Source of the DNA: Cereibacter sphaeroides 2.4.1 | GTDB taxonomy: Bacteria; Pseudomonadota; Alphaproteobacteria; Rhodobacterales; Rhodobacteraceae | Length of the DNA: 32,000 nucleotides | Direction: 5' to 3' | Assembly: GCF_000012905.2 (NCBI RefSeq) | Contig: NC_007493.2 | Location: forward strand, 2,220,001 to 2,252,000 | Shown: one piece after another, positions 8,776 through 18,218 of the stretch | Position numbering within the stretch: the stretch's first letter is position 1 | How the letters are laid out: every line of letters starts with the position of its first letter | The notes under the pieces: generated by a model | What the model was told of the DNA's origin: nothing | Seen by the model: the letters and a program-made list of their open reading frames with translations, nothing else | Database searches by the model: none | Position numbers and translations under genes: made by a program

Positions 8776-11261
8776 TGGCCAAGGACCCCGCGCGCCCTGC
8801 GGATGGTGGCGGCCCGAGGCCCCGGGCTTCGGCTCAGGCTTCGGCTTCGGCTTCGGCTTCGGCTTCGGCTTCGGCTTCGGCTTCGGCTTCGGCTTCGGAA
8901 GGGGCTTCCAGGGACGGGGCCCTGTCCAGCGCCGCGTCGCAGGAGACCGGAGGCCGCTCCGCTCCGGAGAGCGAAGATGGATATTTGGACCAGAGTGAGG
9001 GGCAGGAGATCCGCGTGCGCGGACAGGTGCAGGGGGTGGGGTTCCGCCCCTTCGTCTGGCAGCTCGCGCGGCGACTGGAGCTTGAGGGCGAAGTGCTGAA
9101 CGACGGGGCGGGCGTGCTGATCCGCGCCACGGGCGCTCGGCTCGGCGAATTTCTGGCAGCCCTCGGGGCGGAAGCGCCGCCGCTGGCGCGGGTGGATGCC
9201 ATCGAGGCGCGGCCCGCGCGAGTGGAACGCCGGCCCTTCCGCATCGCACCGAGCGCGGGCGGCACCGTCGCGACCCGGGTGACGCCGGATGCCGCCACCT
9301 GCCCCGCGTGCCTCGCCGAGATCCGCGGCACCGGGCGGCGGCACGGCTATGCCTTCACCAACTGCACCCATTGCGGGCCGCGCTACACGATCCTGCGCGA
9401 GCTGCCCTATGACCGGGCGCGGACCTCGATGGCGCCCTTCCCGATGTGTCCGGACTGCCGCGCGGAGTACGAGGACCCGGCCGACCGGCGCTTTCACGCC
9501 CAGCCCATCGCCTGCCCGGCCTGCGGCCCGCGGCTCTGGCTCGAGGCGGAGGGGATCTGCCTCGTCGACGGGCCGGTGCGGGCGGAGGGCGCGGAAGCGC
9601 CGCAGGGGGTGCCCCGCGCCAGCGATCCGGTTGCGGAAGCGGCGCGCCTGCTGGCGCAGGGGGGCATCCTCGCCGTGAAGGGTCTGGGCGGGTTCCATCT
9701 GGCCTGCGATGCGCGCGACAGGGACGCGCTCCGGCGGCTCCGCCTGCGGAAGCGGCGGCCCGGCAAGCCCTTCGCCCTGATGGCCACGGAGGAGATGGCG
9801 GCCGAGATCGCCGATCCGGCCGAGGCCGACCGGGTGCTTCTGCGCGATCCGGCTGCCCCGGTGGTGCTGGTGCGCGGCCGCGGGCGCCTGCCCGAGGAGG
9901 TGGCGCCCGGCATGACCACGCTCGGGATCATGCGGCCCTACACGCCGCTGCACCATCGGCTGATCGAGGCCTTCGGCGGGCCGCTGGTCATGACCTCGGC
10001 CAACCGCTCGGGCGCTCCGCAGGTCATCGGCAATGGCGAGGCGCGGGCGGAGCTGGCGGGCATCGCCGACGCGTTCCTCATGCACGACCGGGCCATCGTC
10101 CGGCGGCTCGACGACAGCGTGGAACGCGCCCGCCCGCCGATGGTGCTGCGCCGGGCGCGCGGCCGCGCACCCGGAACGCTGCCTCTGCCCGAAGGGTTCG
10201 GTCGCGCGCCGCGCGTGCTGGCGCTCGGCGGGCAGATGAAGGCGGCGATCTGCCTCGTGAAGGACGGGCAGGCGCTGCTCTCGCATCATCTGGGCGATCT
10301 CGACGAGGCGCAGAGCTTCGAGGCCTTCACCCGGGCCATCGCCGATCATGCGGCGCTCTTCGACCATCGGGCGGAGTTCGTGGCGGTGGACCTCCATCCG
10401 GGCTATCGCGCGACCGAAGCGGGGCGGCGGATGGGGCTGCCTGTGGCCGAGGTGCAGCATCACCACGCCCATCTCGCGGCCTGTCTGGGCGACGCGCTCT
10501 GGCCGCTCGGGGCCGGGCCGGTGGCCGGGATCGTGCTGGACGGAACCGGCCTCGGCAGTGACGGCACGATCTGGGGCGGCGAGCTCCTGCTCGGCAGCTA
10601 CCGCGAGGTGCTCCGCGTGGCGCATCTGGCACCGGCGCCCCTGCCCGGCGGCGAGGCGGCCGCGCGCGAGCCCTGGCGGAATGCGCTGGTGCGGCTCGAT
10701 GCGGCGGGCCTTGGCGATCTGGCCGACCGGCTGTTTCCCGACCGCCCGCGCGAGACCCTGCGGCGGGCGGTGGCGGCGGGCGTGAACGCGCCGCTTTCCT
10801 CCTCGGCGGGGCGGCTCTTCGATGCGGTCGCGGCCTGCCTCGGTCTGGCCGCGGACCGGCAGAGCTACGAGGGAGAGGCCGCGATGCGGCTCGAGGCGCT
10901 CGAGGGAACCGGCGCGCCCTATCCGTTCGCGGGCCTCGATCCCACGCCGATGTTCCGGGCGCTGGCCGCGGATCTGGCCGCGGGCGTGCCGCCGGGCGCG
11001 ATCTCGGACAGCTTCCACCGTGGCCTCGCCCGCGCGTTCTGCGCGCCCGCGCGCGCGCTCGTGGCCGAGGGCCGGGCCGAGGCGGTGGCGCTGACGGGGG
11101 GCGCTTTCCAGAATGCCCGGCTGCTCGCCGCCTGCCTTGCCGAGCTCACGGGCGTGCCGGTTCTGACCCACCGGGCGGTGCCTGCGAACGACGGCGGGCT
11201 GGCGCTCGGGCAGGCGCTCGTTGCCGCGGCGCGGCATATGGGCGCGGCGGAAGGCCTGTGA
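8775..11261 (+). CDS. hypF: Carbamoyltransferase HypF ([NiFe] CN-ligand synthesis); start codon uncertain (ATG 8775 or TTG 8985)
   Basis: This is the 3' part of track ORF 7125-11261. It has an acylphosphatase domain (IRVRGQVQGVGFRPFVWQLARRL). Two zinc-finger pairs follow (CPACLAEI...CTHCGPRYT; CPDCRAEY...CPACGPRL). YrdC-like (GLGGFHLACDA) and Kae1-like C-terminal domains complete it. ATG 8775 overlaps the hupV stop (TGATG) but adds a leader of about 75 aa of low complexity that contains the (Ala-Ser)n repeat. Confidence 0.92.
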   Translation: MAKDPARPADGGGPRPRASAQASASASASASASASASASASEGASRDGALSSAASQETGGRSAPESEDGYLDQSEGQEIRVRGQVQGVGFRPFVWQLARRLELEGEVLNDGAGVLIRATGARLGEFLAALGAEAPPLARVDAIEARPARVERRPFRIAPSAGGTVATRVTPDAATCPACLAEIRGTGRRHGYAFTNCTHCGPRYTILRELPYDRARTSMAPFPMCPDCRAEYEDPADRRFHAQPIACPACGPRLWLEAEGICLVDGPVRAEGAEAPQGVPRASDPVAEAARLLAQGGILAVKGLGGFHLACDARDRDALRRLRLRKRRPGKPFALMATEEMAAEIADPAEADRVLLRDPAAPVVLVRGRGRLPEEVAPGMTTLGIMRPYTPLHHRLIEAFGGPLVMTSANRSGAPQVIGNGEARAELAGIADAFLMHDRAIVRRLDDSVERARPPMVLRRARGRAPGTLPLPEGFGRAPRVLALGGQMKAAICLVKDGQALLSHHLGDLDEAQSFEAFTRAIADHAALFDHRAEFVAVDLHPGYRATEAGRRMGLPVAEVQHHHAHLAACLGDALWPLGAGPVAGIVLDGTGLGSDGTIWGGELLLGSYREVLRVAHLAPAPLPGGEAAAREPWRNALVRLDAAGLGDLADRLFPDRPRETLRRAVAAGVNAPLSSSAGRLFDAVAACLGLAADRQSYEGEAAMRLEALEGTGAPYPFAGLDPTPMFRALAADLAAGVPPGAISDSFHRGLARAFCAPARALVAEGRAEAVALTGGAFQNARLLAACLAELTGVPVLTHRAVPANDGGLALGQALVAAARHMGAAEGL
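8826..8897. repeat. Hexanucleotide microsatellite (GCTTCG)n, 12 units
   Basis: Direct count gives GCTTCG at 8826-8831, the variant GCTCAG at 8832-8837, then ten perfect consecutive GCTTCG units at 8838-8897. It produces dipeptide repeats in all six frames of the ORF track (AS, LR, GF / EA, SR, KP). Confidence 0.97.
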
Positions 11262-11497
11262 CCGGAGGGTGGAAGGGCTGGTAACGCGCTTTCCTCACCC
11301 CTCCCTGCCCGCACCCGCGAAATCCTCGAAAAGAACTTCGTCAACAGAGGGTTAACGGATTTCACCCCTTCCCGCGCATTTCTTTTGCGCGGCCCCGAGC
11401 CTTCACCGCATTCCTTGGCATACGAAGCCGGCGGGCCCGAGAGGCCCAAGCCGCAGAGGCCAGCGGCCGGGGAAGCCGCCAGCGAGGGAGGAATGCG
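11262..11497 (+). promoter_or_regulatory. hupS promoter / upstream activator region
   Basis: 236-bp non-coding gap upstream of hupS. It holds an imperfect inverted repeat GTCAAC-N5-GTTAAC (11340-11356), a perfect 7-bp inverted repeat CCGCGCA-TTTCTTT-TGCGCGG (11372-11392), and a flanking A/T-rich stretch (CGAAATCCTCGAAAAGAAC). The RBS GAGGGAGG is at 11484-11491. In Rhodobacter the hupSL promoter is HupR-activated, but the exact sites here are not assigned. Confidence 0.45.
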
Positions 11498-12607
11498 TTG
11501 CCCCAGATCGAAACCTTCTACGATGTGATGCGCCGCCAGGGGATCACCCGGCGCAGCTTCATGAAATACTGCTCGCTCACGGCGGCGGCGCTGGGGCTCG
11601 GCCCCTCCTTCGTGCCGAAGATCGCGCACGCGATGGAGACGAAGCCGCGCACACCGGTGATCTGGGTCCATGGGCTCGAATGCACCTGCTGCTCGGAGAG
11701 CTTCATCCGCGCGGCCCATCCGCTGGCCAAGGACGTCGTCCTGTCGATGATCTCGCTCGACTATGACGACACGCTGATGGCGGCGGCGGGCCATCAGGCC
11801 GAAGCCGCGCTGATGGACACGATCGAGAAATACAAGGGCAACTACATCCTTGCCGTCGAGGGCAACCCGCCGCTGAACGAGGACGGGATGTATTGCATCA
11901 TCGGCGGCAAGCCCTTCGTCGAGCAGCTGAAGATGGCGGCCGAACATGCCAAGGCGATCATCAGCTGGGGGGCCTGCGCCTCCTACGGCTGCGTGCAGGC
12001 GGCCGCCCCCAACCCCACGCGGGCCACGCCCGTGCACAAGGTCATCCTCGACAAGCCGATCGTCAAGGTGCCGGGCTGCCCGCCCATCGCCGAAGTCATG
12101 ACCGGCGTCATCACCTACATGCTGACCTTCGACCGGCTGCCCGAGCTCGACCGTCAGGGCCGCCCGGCGATGTTCTACAGCCAGCGCATCCACGACAAAT
12201 GCTACCGCCGCCCGCATTTCGACGCGGGCCAGTTCGTCGAGGCCTGGGACGACGACTACGCCAAGAAGGGCTACTGCCTCTACAAGATGGGCTGCAAGGG
12301 GCCGACCACCTACAACGCCTGCTCGACCGTGCGCTGGAACGAGGGCGTGAGCTTCCCGATCCAGTCCGGCCACGGCTGCATCGGCTGCTCGGAGGACGGC
12401 TTCTGGGATCAGGGATCCTTCTACGACCGGCTGACCACCATCAAGCAGTTCGGCGTCGAGGCCAATGCCGACACGATCGGCCTCACGGCCGTGGGCGCGC
12501 TCGGCGCGGGCGTGGCGGCCCATATCGCGGCCACCGCCCTCAAGAGCGCGCAGAAGAAATCGCAGGCGGCCAATACCGCGAAGACAGACGAAAAGACGGA
12601 GGCCTGA
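11498..12607 (+). CDS. hupS: Uptake [NiFe]-hydrogenase small subunit (Tat-exported, membrane-anchored)
   Basis: 369 aa with a TTG start 6 nt after GAGGGAGG. It has a twin-arginine signal ([31 protein letters not shown] / METKPRTPV). FeS Cys motifs are present ([50 protein letters not shown]). There is a C-terminal hydrophobic anchor. Very close to Rhodobacter HupS. Confidence 0.97.
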   Translation: MPQIETFYDVMRRQGITRRSFMKYCSLTAAALGLGPSFVPKIAHAMETKPRTPVIWVHGLECTCCSESFIRAAHPLAKDVVLSMISLDYDDTLMAAAGHQAEAALMDTIEKYKGNYILAVEGNPPLNEDGMYCIIGGKPFVEQLKMAAEHAKAIISWGACASYGCVQAAAPNPTRATPVHKVILDKPIVKVPGCPPIAEVMTGVITYMLTFDRLPELDRQGRPAMFYSQRIHDKCYRRPHFDAGQFVEAWDDDYAKKGYCLYKMGCKGPTTYNACSTVRWNEGVSFPIQSGHGCIGCSEDGFWDQGSFYDRLTTIKQFGVEANADTIGLTAVGALGAGVAAHIAATALKSAQKKSQAANTAKTDEKTEA

Positions 12608-12610
12608 GCC

Positions 12611-14401
<1,791 letters not shown>

Positions 14402-14412
14402 GGGAGAAGACC

Positions 14413-14988
14413 ATGAAGAAACTGCTCGCCATTCTCGTCCTCTCGGCCGCGGCCTCCCCGGCGCTGGCCCATACCGGCCACGGCGATGCGTCCGGCTTCG
14501 CCCACGGGCTCCTGCACCCGATCCTCGGGCCCGACCATCTGCTCGCCATGCTGGGCGTGGGGATCTGGTCGGGCATCGCGCTTCCGCGCCATCTCTGGGG
14601 GGGCGCTGCGACCTTCCTTGCGGCCATGACGGTGGGCGCGGCGCTCTCGTGGGCGGGCGTGGGCATCCCGATGGTCGAGACCTGGATCGTGGGCTCGGTC
14701 GTCCTGGCCGGGCTGCTCGTCGCCACCGCCCGTGCGGGTCAGGCGCGGCTCGTGACCGGCCTCTCGCTCGGCGCCATCGCGACCTTCGCGGCCTGCCACG
14801 GCCATGCCCATGCGACCGAGGCCACGGGCGCCATCGGCGCCTATCTCGCGGGCTTTCTCATCGCCACCGCGGGCCTCCATGCCGCGGGCATCGGCGTGGC
14901 CCTCGCCACCGCGCGCGGCGGGCGGATCCTGCAGGGGGCGCTCGGCGCGGCGCTCGCCGGGTCCGGCCTCCTTCTGATGGCGGGGTGA
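14413..14988 (+). CDS. hupE: HupE/UreJ-family nickel permease
   Basis: 191 aa, internal to track ORF 13990-14988, with RBS GAGGGAG upstream. It has a signal peptide ending ALA-HTGHG, the HupE signature HPILGPDHLLAMLGVG, multiple TM segments, and a second His cluster (ACHGHAHATE). Confidence 0.9.
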   Translation: MKKLLAILVLSAAASPALAHTGHGDASGFAHGLLHPILGPDHLLAMLGVGIWSGIALPRHLWGGAATFLAAMTVGAALSWAGVGIPMVETWIVGSVVLAGLLVATARAGQARLVTGLSLGAIATFAACHGHAHATEATGAIGAYLAGFLIATAGLHAAGIGVALATARGGRILQGALGAALAGSGLLLMAG

Positions 14989-14992
14989 GGCC

Positions 14993-15777
14993 ATGGACAC
15001 CGAGATCGTCACGATCCACGTCCCGAACCCGAACGCCCCCCCCCGCTCGAAGCCTCGCGCAAGACCGGGACGGCGCGGCCCGAGGATATCGAGAGCATCT
15101 TCTACAAGACCTCGGTCTATGTCTACGAAGTGCCGGTGCGGCTCTGGCACTGGCTGAATGCCGCGATGATCTTCATCCTGATCGGCTCGGGATACCTGAT
15201 CGCCCGGCCGCTTCCGACCATGGAGATGGCCGAGGCGACCGACCAGTTCGTCTTCGGCTACATCCGCTTCGCCCATTTCGCGGCCGGACAGGTGCTGACC
15301 GTGGCCTTCGCGGCGCGGATCCTGTGGGCCTTCTTCGGCAACGTCCATTCGCGGCAGATGTTCAAGCTGCCGGTCTGGAACCTGCGCTGGATCCGCGAGC
15401 TGATCTACGAGCTGAAATGGTATCTCTTCCTCGTGCCCGAGCCGCGGAAATACGTCGGCCACAACCCTCTGGCCCATGCCGCGATGTTCTTCTTCATCAC
15501 GCTCGGCATGAGTTTCATGATCGTCACGGGCTTCGCGCTCTATGCCGAGGGCGCCGGTCAGGGCTCGGTCTACGACACCCTCTTCGGCTGGGTGCTGGGG
15601 CTGGTCGGCAACAGCCAGCGGCTGCACACGCTGCACCATCTGGGCATGTGGTCGATCGTGGTCTTCACCATCATCCACATCTATGCCGCCGTCCGCGAGG
15701 ACATCATGTCCCGGCAGTCGATGATCTCGACCATCGTCTCGGGCTGGCGGACCTTCAAGGACGACCGCGTGGAATAG
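14993..15777 (+). CDS. hupC: Hydrogenase b-type cytochrome subunit; N-terminal about 17 codons are in a different frame from the body (C9 tract)
   Basis: The body is track ORF 15130-15777 ([24 protein letters not shown]..., four TM helices, haem-ligand His residues). The conserved pre-TM segment [16 protein letters not shown] is in the same frame but upstream of any start codon. The only good start is ATG 14993 ([17 protein letters not shown]), which is in another frame. The two frames meet at C9 15036-15044. One added C gives a 261-aa protein. Confidence 0.85.
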
Positions 15778-15809
15778 GTCGACCCAAGGAGAATCTTTGG
15801 GCTCCGGAG

Positions 15810-15845
15810 GGGCGCGGCGCAACGCCGCGCCCTTCTGCATTCTGC
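15810..15845 (+). terminator. Putative intrinsic terminator after hupC
   Basis: Perfect 10-bp GC stem GGGCGCGGCG (15810-15819), loop CAA, then CGCCGCGCCC (15823-15832). It is followed by the T-containing tail TTCTGCATTCTGC and lies 33 nt after the hupC stop. Confidence 0.5.
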
Positions 15846-16067
15846 AACGCTTAAAACCACTGCCACGCCGGGACTGGAAGGTGAGCTTCCACTTCCAGGC
15901 TCTTCCATGGCCGTTTCAGGAGGAATTAACCGTTTACTGCCAAGGGCCTGCCAAAATGTCGCGGCAGGGTCGCATTTCCGGCTTCTTCCGAAAACTGCAA
16001 ACCATATTGTCGAAGCACGGCCGGGGCGAAAAGCCCGTTGCCAGCAGCGGTCAGGAGGGAGGGACCA

Positions 16068-16688
16068 ATGCCAGCATCTCCACCCGCAAGGGTGCTCATT
16101 CTCGGTATCGGCAACGTGCTGTGGGCAGACGAGGGATTCGGCCCCCGCTGCATCGAGATCCTTGCCGAGAGCCACGCCTTCCCCTCGCAGGTCAAGCTGC
16201 TCGACGGCGGCACGCAGGGCCTCTACCTGCTGCCCTTCCTCGAAGAGGCCGACGCCCTCCTCGTGTTCGACGCGGTCGATTACGGTCTCGTGCCCGGCAC
16301 GCTGATGATCGCGCGCGACGACGAAGTGCCCGCCTTCATGGGCGCCAAGAAGATGAGCCTGCACCAGACCGGCTTTCAGGACGTGCTGGCCACGGCCCAG
16401 CTTCTCGGGCGCTGCCCGGCGCGGCTGACGCTGATCGGCTGCCAGCCCGAGGAGCTGGAGGATTACGGCGGCTCGCTGCGCCCGGTCGTGGCGGCCCAGA
16501 TCGCACCGGCGATCGGCCTCGCGCTGGCCGAGCTCGCCCACTGGGGCGTGACCCCGCTGCCCGGCCGCAGCCCGGCCGAAGGGCTCGCCGATCCGTCGCT
16601 GCGCCGGGACGCCTACGAGACGGGCCGCCCCGGCCCCGACGAGGCCTGCCGCACGGGCGACGCCCGCTTCTTCCCGGAACCCTGCTGA
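16068..16688 (+). CDS. hupD: Hydrogenase maturation endopeptidase (cleaves the HupL C-terminus)
   Basis: [30 protein letters not shown]...LLDGGTQG...VFDAVDYG...[10 protein letters not shown] is typical HyaD/HupD/HybD sequence with conserved metal ligands. The track ORF starts at TTG 16038. I prefer ATG 16068 because the strong RBS AGGAGGGAGGG (16053-16063) sits just upstream. Confidence 0.9.
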   Translation: MPASPPARVLILGIGNVLWADEGFGPRCIEILAESHAFPSQVKLLDGGTQGLYLLPFLEEADALLVFDAVDYGLVPGTLMIARDDEVPAFMGAKKMSLHQTGFQDVLATAQLLGRCPARLTLIGCQPEELEDYGGSLRPVVAAQIAPAIGLALAELAHWGVTPLPGRSPAEGLADPSLRRDAYETGRPGPDEACRTGDARFFPEPC

Positions 16689-17005
16689 TGTGCGTCGGGG
16701 ATCCGCTGCGCCTGATCGCGGTCGAGGGCATTGCCGGCACCGCCGAAGACGGGGCGGGCACCTGCCTCGTCGATCTCAGCCTCGTGCCCGAGGCACGGCC
16801 GGGCGACTGGGTGCTCTCCTTCCTCGGCACCGCCCGTGCGGTCATCGCCGCGGACGAGGCCGCGCGGATTTCGGCCGCACTGGCGGCGCTGCGCTCGGTG
16901 ATGACCGGAGGGCCGGTCGGAGACGCCTTCGCCGATCTCGACCGCCCGCCGTCGCTTCCCCCCCACCTGCAGGCCGCGCTCGACGCGGGCCGCAACCACG
17001 GATGA
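16688..17005 (+). CDS. hupF: HypC-like hydrogenase chaperone HupF
   Basis: 105 aa, internal to track ORF 15797-17005. It starts MCVGDPLRL (the essential N-terminal Cys of the HypC/HupF family). The ATG overlaps the hupD stop (TGATG). The position between hupD and hupG is as in other hup clusters. Confidence 0.82.
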   Translation: MCVGDPLRLIAVEGIAGTAEDGAGTCLVDLSLVPEARPGDWVLSFLGTARAVIAADEAARISAALAALRSVMTGGPVGDAFADLDRPPSLPPHLQAALDAGRNHG

Positions 17006-17388
17006 TGCCAGTGACCCATCCCCTGATCGCACGGCTCGAGACCGACTGCGGCTGGCCGCGCCTCGCGACGCTGGCCGAGGTCGAGGCCTTCACCGGCCGC
17101 CCGGGCGCCCATTGCCTCTTCATCCCCGGCGACCCCGCCCGCAACCTCGAGACCGCCGACGCGGCCGTGATCCTGCCCGAGCTGGTGATCGCCTTCCAGC
17201 GCGCCTTCGACTGCGCCCTCGTCGACGATGCGATCGAGGCCGCGCTCCGCGACGCGACCCGGGCGCTGCGCACGCCGGGCTTCCTCTTCTACCGCGAGGG
17301 CCGGTTCCTCGGCGCGATCGAGAAGATCCGCGACTGGAGCGACTACATGACCCGCATCCCGCATCTCCTCGGCCGCATCTCCGCCTGA
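17002..17388 (+). CDS. hupG: Hydrogenase expression/formation protein HupG (HyaE/HoxO-like, thioredoxin-like fold)
   Basis: 128 aa, internal to track ORF 16690-17388 ([21 protein letters not shown]...[22 protein letters not shown]...[14 protein letters not shown]). Its start overlaps the hupF stop (ATGATG). The call rests on family resemblance plus conserved position. Confidence 0.78.
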   Translation: MMPVTHPLIARLETDCGWPRLATLAEVEAFTGRPGAHCLFIPGDPARNLETADAAVILPELVIAFQRAFDCALVDDAIEAALRDATRALRTPGFLFYREGRFLGAIEKIRDWSDYMTRIPHLLGRISA

Positions 17389-17399
17389 AAGGGTTTTCC

Positions 17400-18218
17400 A
17401 TGAGTTCCTTCCACATGCCGCCCACAGGTTTCGGCCCCGGCTCGCAGCCCGGTGACGAGGATGCGGATCTTGCCTTCATGGCGCTGCCCTCCGGGATGCG
17501 GACCTATTCCACGCACCTGCCCGAGATCGAGAATACCGAGCCCTTCTTCGCGGCCCTGACGCTCCTCGAGCGCGTGTCCGAGGCCTGCGACCAAGGGAGC
17601 GGCCTGTTCGATCTCGGCGATCTCGACGCGCCGAACCGCCGCCTCATCGCCGAGACGCTGGGACAGGGCGAGGTCGCGATGCGGCTGCGCGGCGTGCCCG
17701 CCCTCATGGTGCAGGAGAGCGTCTTCGCCGGAGTCTGGGCGGTGGCGGGCGCGGGCATCGACCGGCTGGAGATAGGCCCCGTGCCGCAGGCGGCGCTCAC
17801 CCGCGCCTTCGCCCCCTTCCGCGCGGCGCTGAAGGCCTCGGGCCACCGGCCGCAGGGCGTGGTGAACGCGCCCGCCCTGCTGGCGGAACTGGTCGAGAAA
17901 TCCGCGACATGGCGGCCGGGCGAGGAGCCGCATGTGGTCAACCTCACCCTCCTGCCCCATACCGAGGAGGATCTCCTCTGGCTCGACCGGATGCTGGGCG
18001 AAGGGGCCGTCACCATCCTTTCGCGCGGTTACGGCAACTGCCGCATCACCGCGACGGCCCTGCCGCAGGTCTGGCGCGTGCAGTTCTTCAACTCGATGGA
18101 CAGCCTGATCCTCGACACGTTCGAGGTCACGACCATGCCGCAGGTGGCGCTCGCCGCGCCGGAGGATCTCGCGGACAGTGCCGCCCGAATCCGCGAAGTG
18201 CTGGAGGCGATCCGATGA
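17400..18218 (+). CDS. hupH: Hydrogenase expression/formation protein HupH (HyaF/HoxQ-like)
   Basis: 272 aa, internal to track ORF 17112-18218. It carries the HupH/HyaF conserved C-terminal block (VVNLTLLPHTEEDLLWLDRMLGEGAVTILSRGYGNCRITATALPQVWRVQFFNSMD). Confidence 0.85.
   Translation: MSSFHMPPTGFGPGSQPGDEDADLAFMALPSGMRTYSTHLPEIENTEPFFAALTLLERVSEACDQGSGLFDLGDLDAPNRRLIAETLGQGEVAMRLRGVPALMVQESVFAGVWAVAGAGIDRLEIGPVPQAALTRAFAPFRAALKASGHRPQGVVNAPALLAELVEKSATWRPGEEPHVVNLTLLPHTEEDLLWLDRMLGEGAVTILSRGYGNCRITATALPQVWRVQFFNSMDSLILDTFEVTTMPQVALAAPEDLADSAARIREVLEAIR

Noticed and set aside
8826-8897. Possibility that the tandem repeat is a CRISPR array or other spacer-containing array
   Set aside because: The units are 6 bp and directly abutting with no spacers, and there are no cas genes. 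It is a simple microsatellite.
7174-11237. Minus-strand ORFs 7174-9249 (691 aa) and 8601-11237 (878 aa) opposite hupV/hypF
   Set aside because: Same reasoning as above: low-complexity Arg/Pro/Gly-rich translations opposite strongly supported genes. The KPKPKP / SRSRSR stretches are just the microsatellite read on the other strand.
11416-11429. Sigma-54-like TGGCAT...GC upstream of hupS
   Set aside because: The GG-to-GC spacing is 10 nt rather than the 12 nt of the TGGCAC-N5-TTGC consensus, and the -12 TTGC is absent. HupR also lacks the GAFTGA loop needed to act on sigma-54.
16038-16067. TTG 16038 as the hupD start
   Set aside because: The strong AGGAGGGAGGG RBS lies inside this extension, correctly spaced for ATG 16068.
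15797-16305. Track ORFs beginning in the hupC-hupD spacer (15797-17005, 402 aa; 15907-16305, 132 aa), including a peptide-like [22 protein letters not shown] start at 15955
   Set aside because: The 402-aa frame is only real from 16688 (hupF). Upstream it overlaps hupD out of frame with Arg/Pro-rich sequence. No RBS lies at a usable distance from ATG 15955 or 15907.
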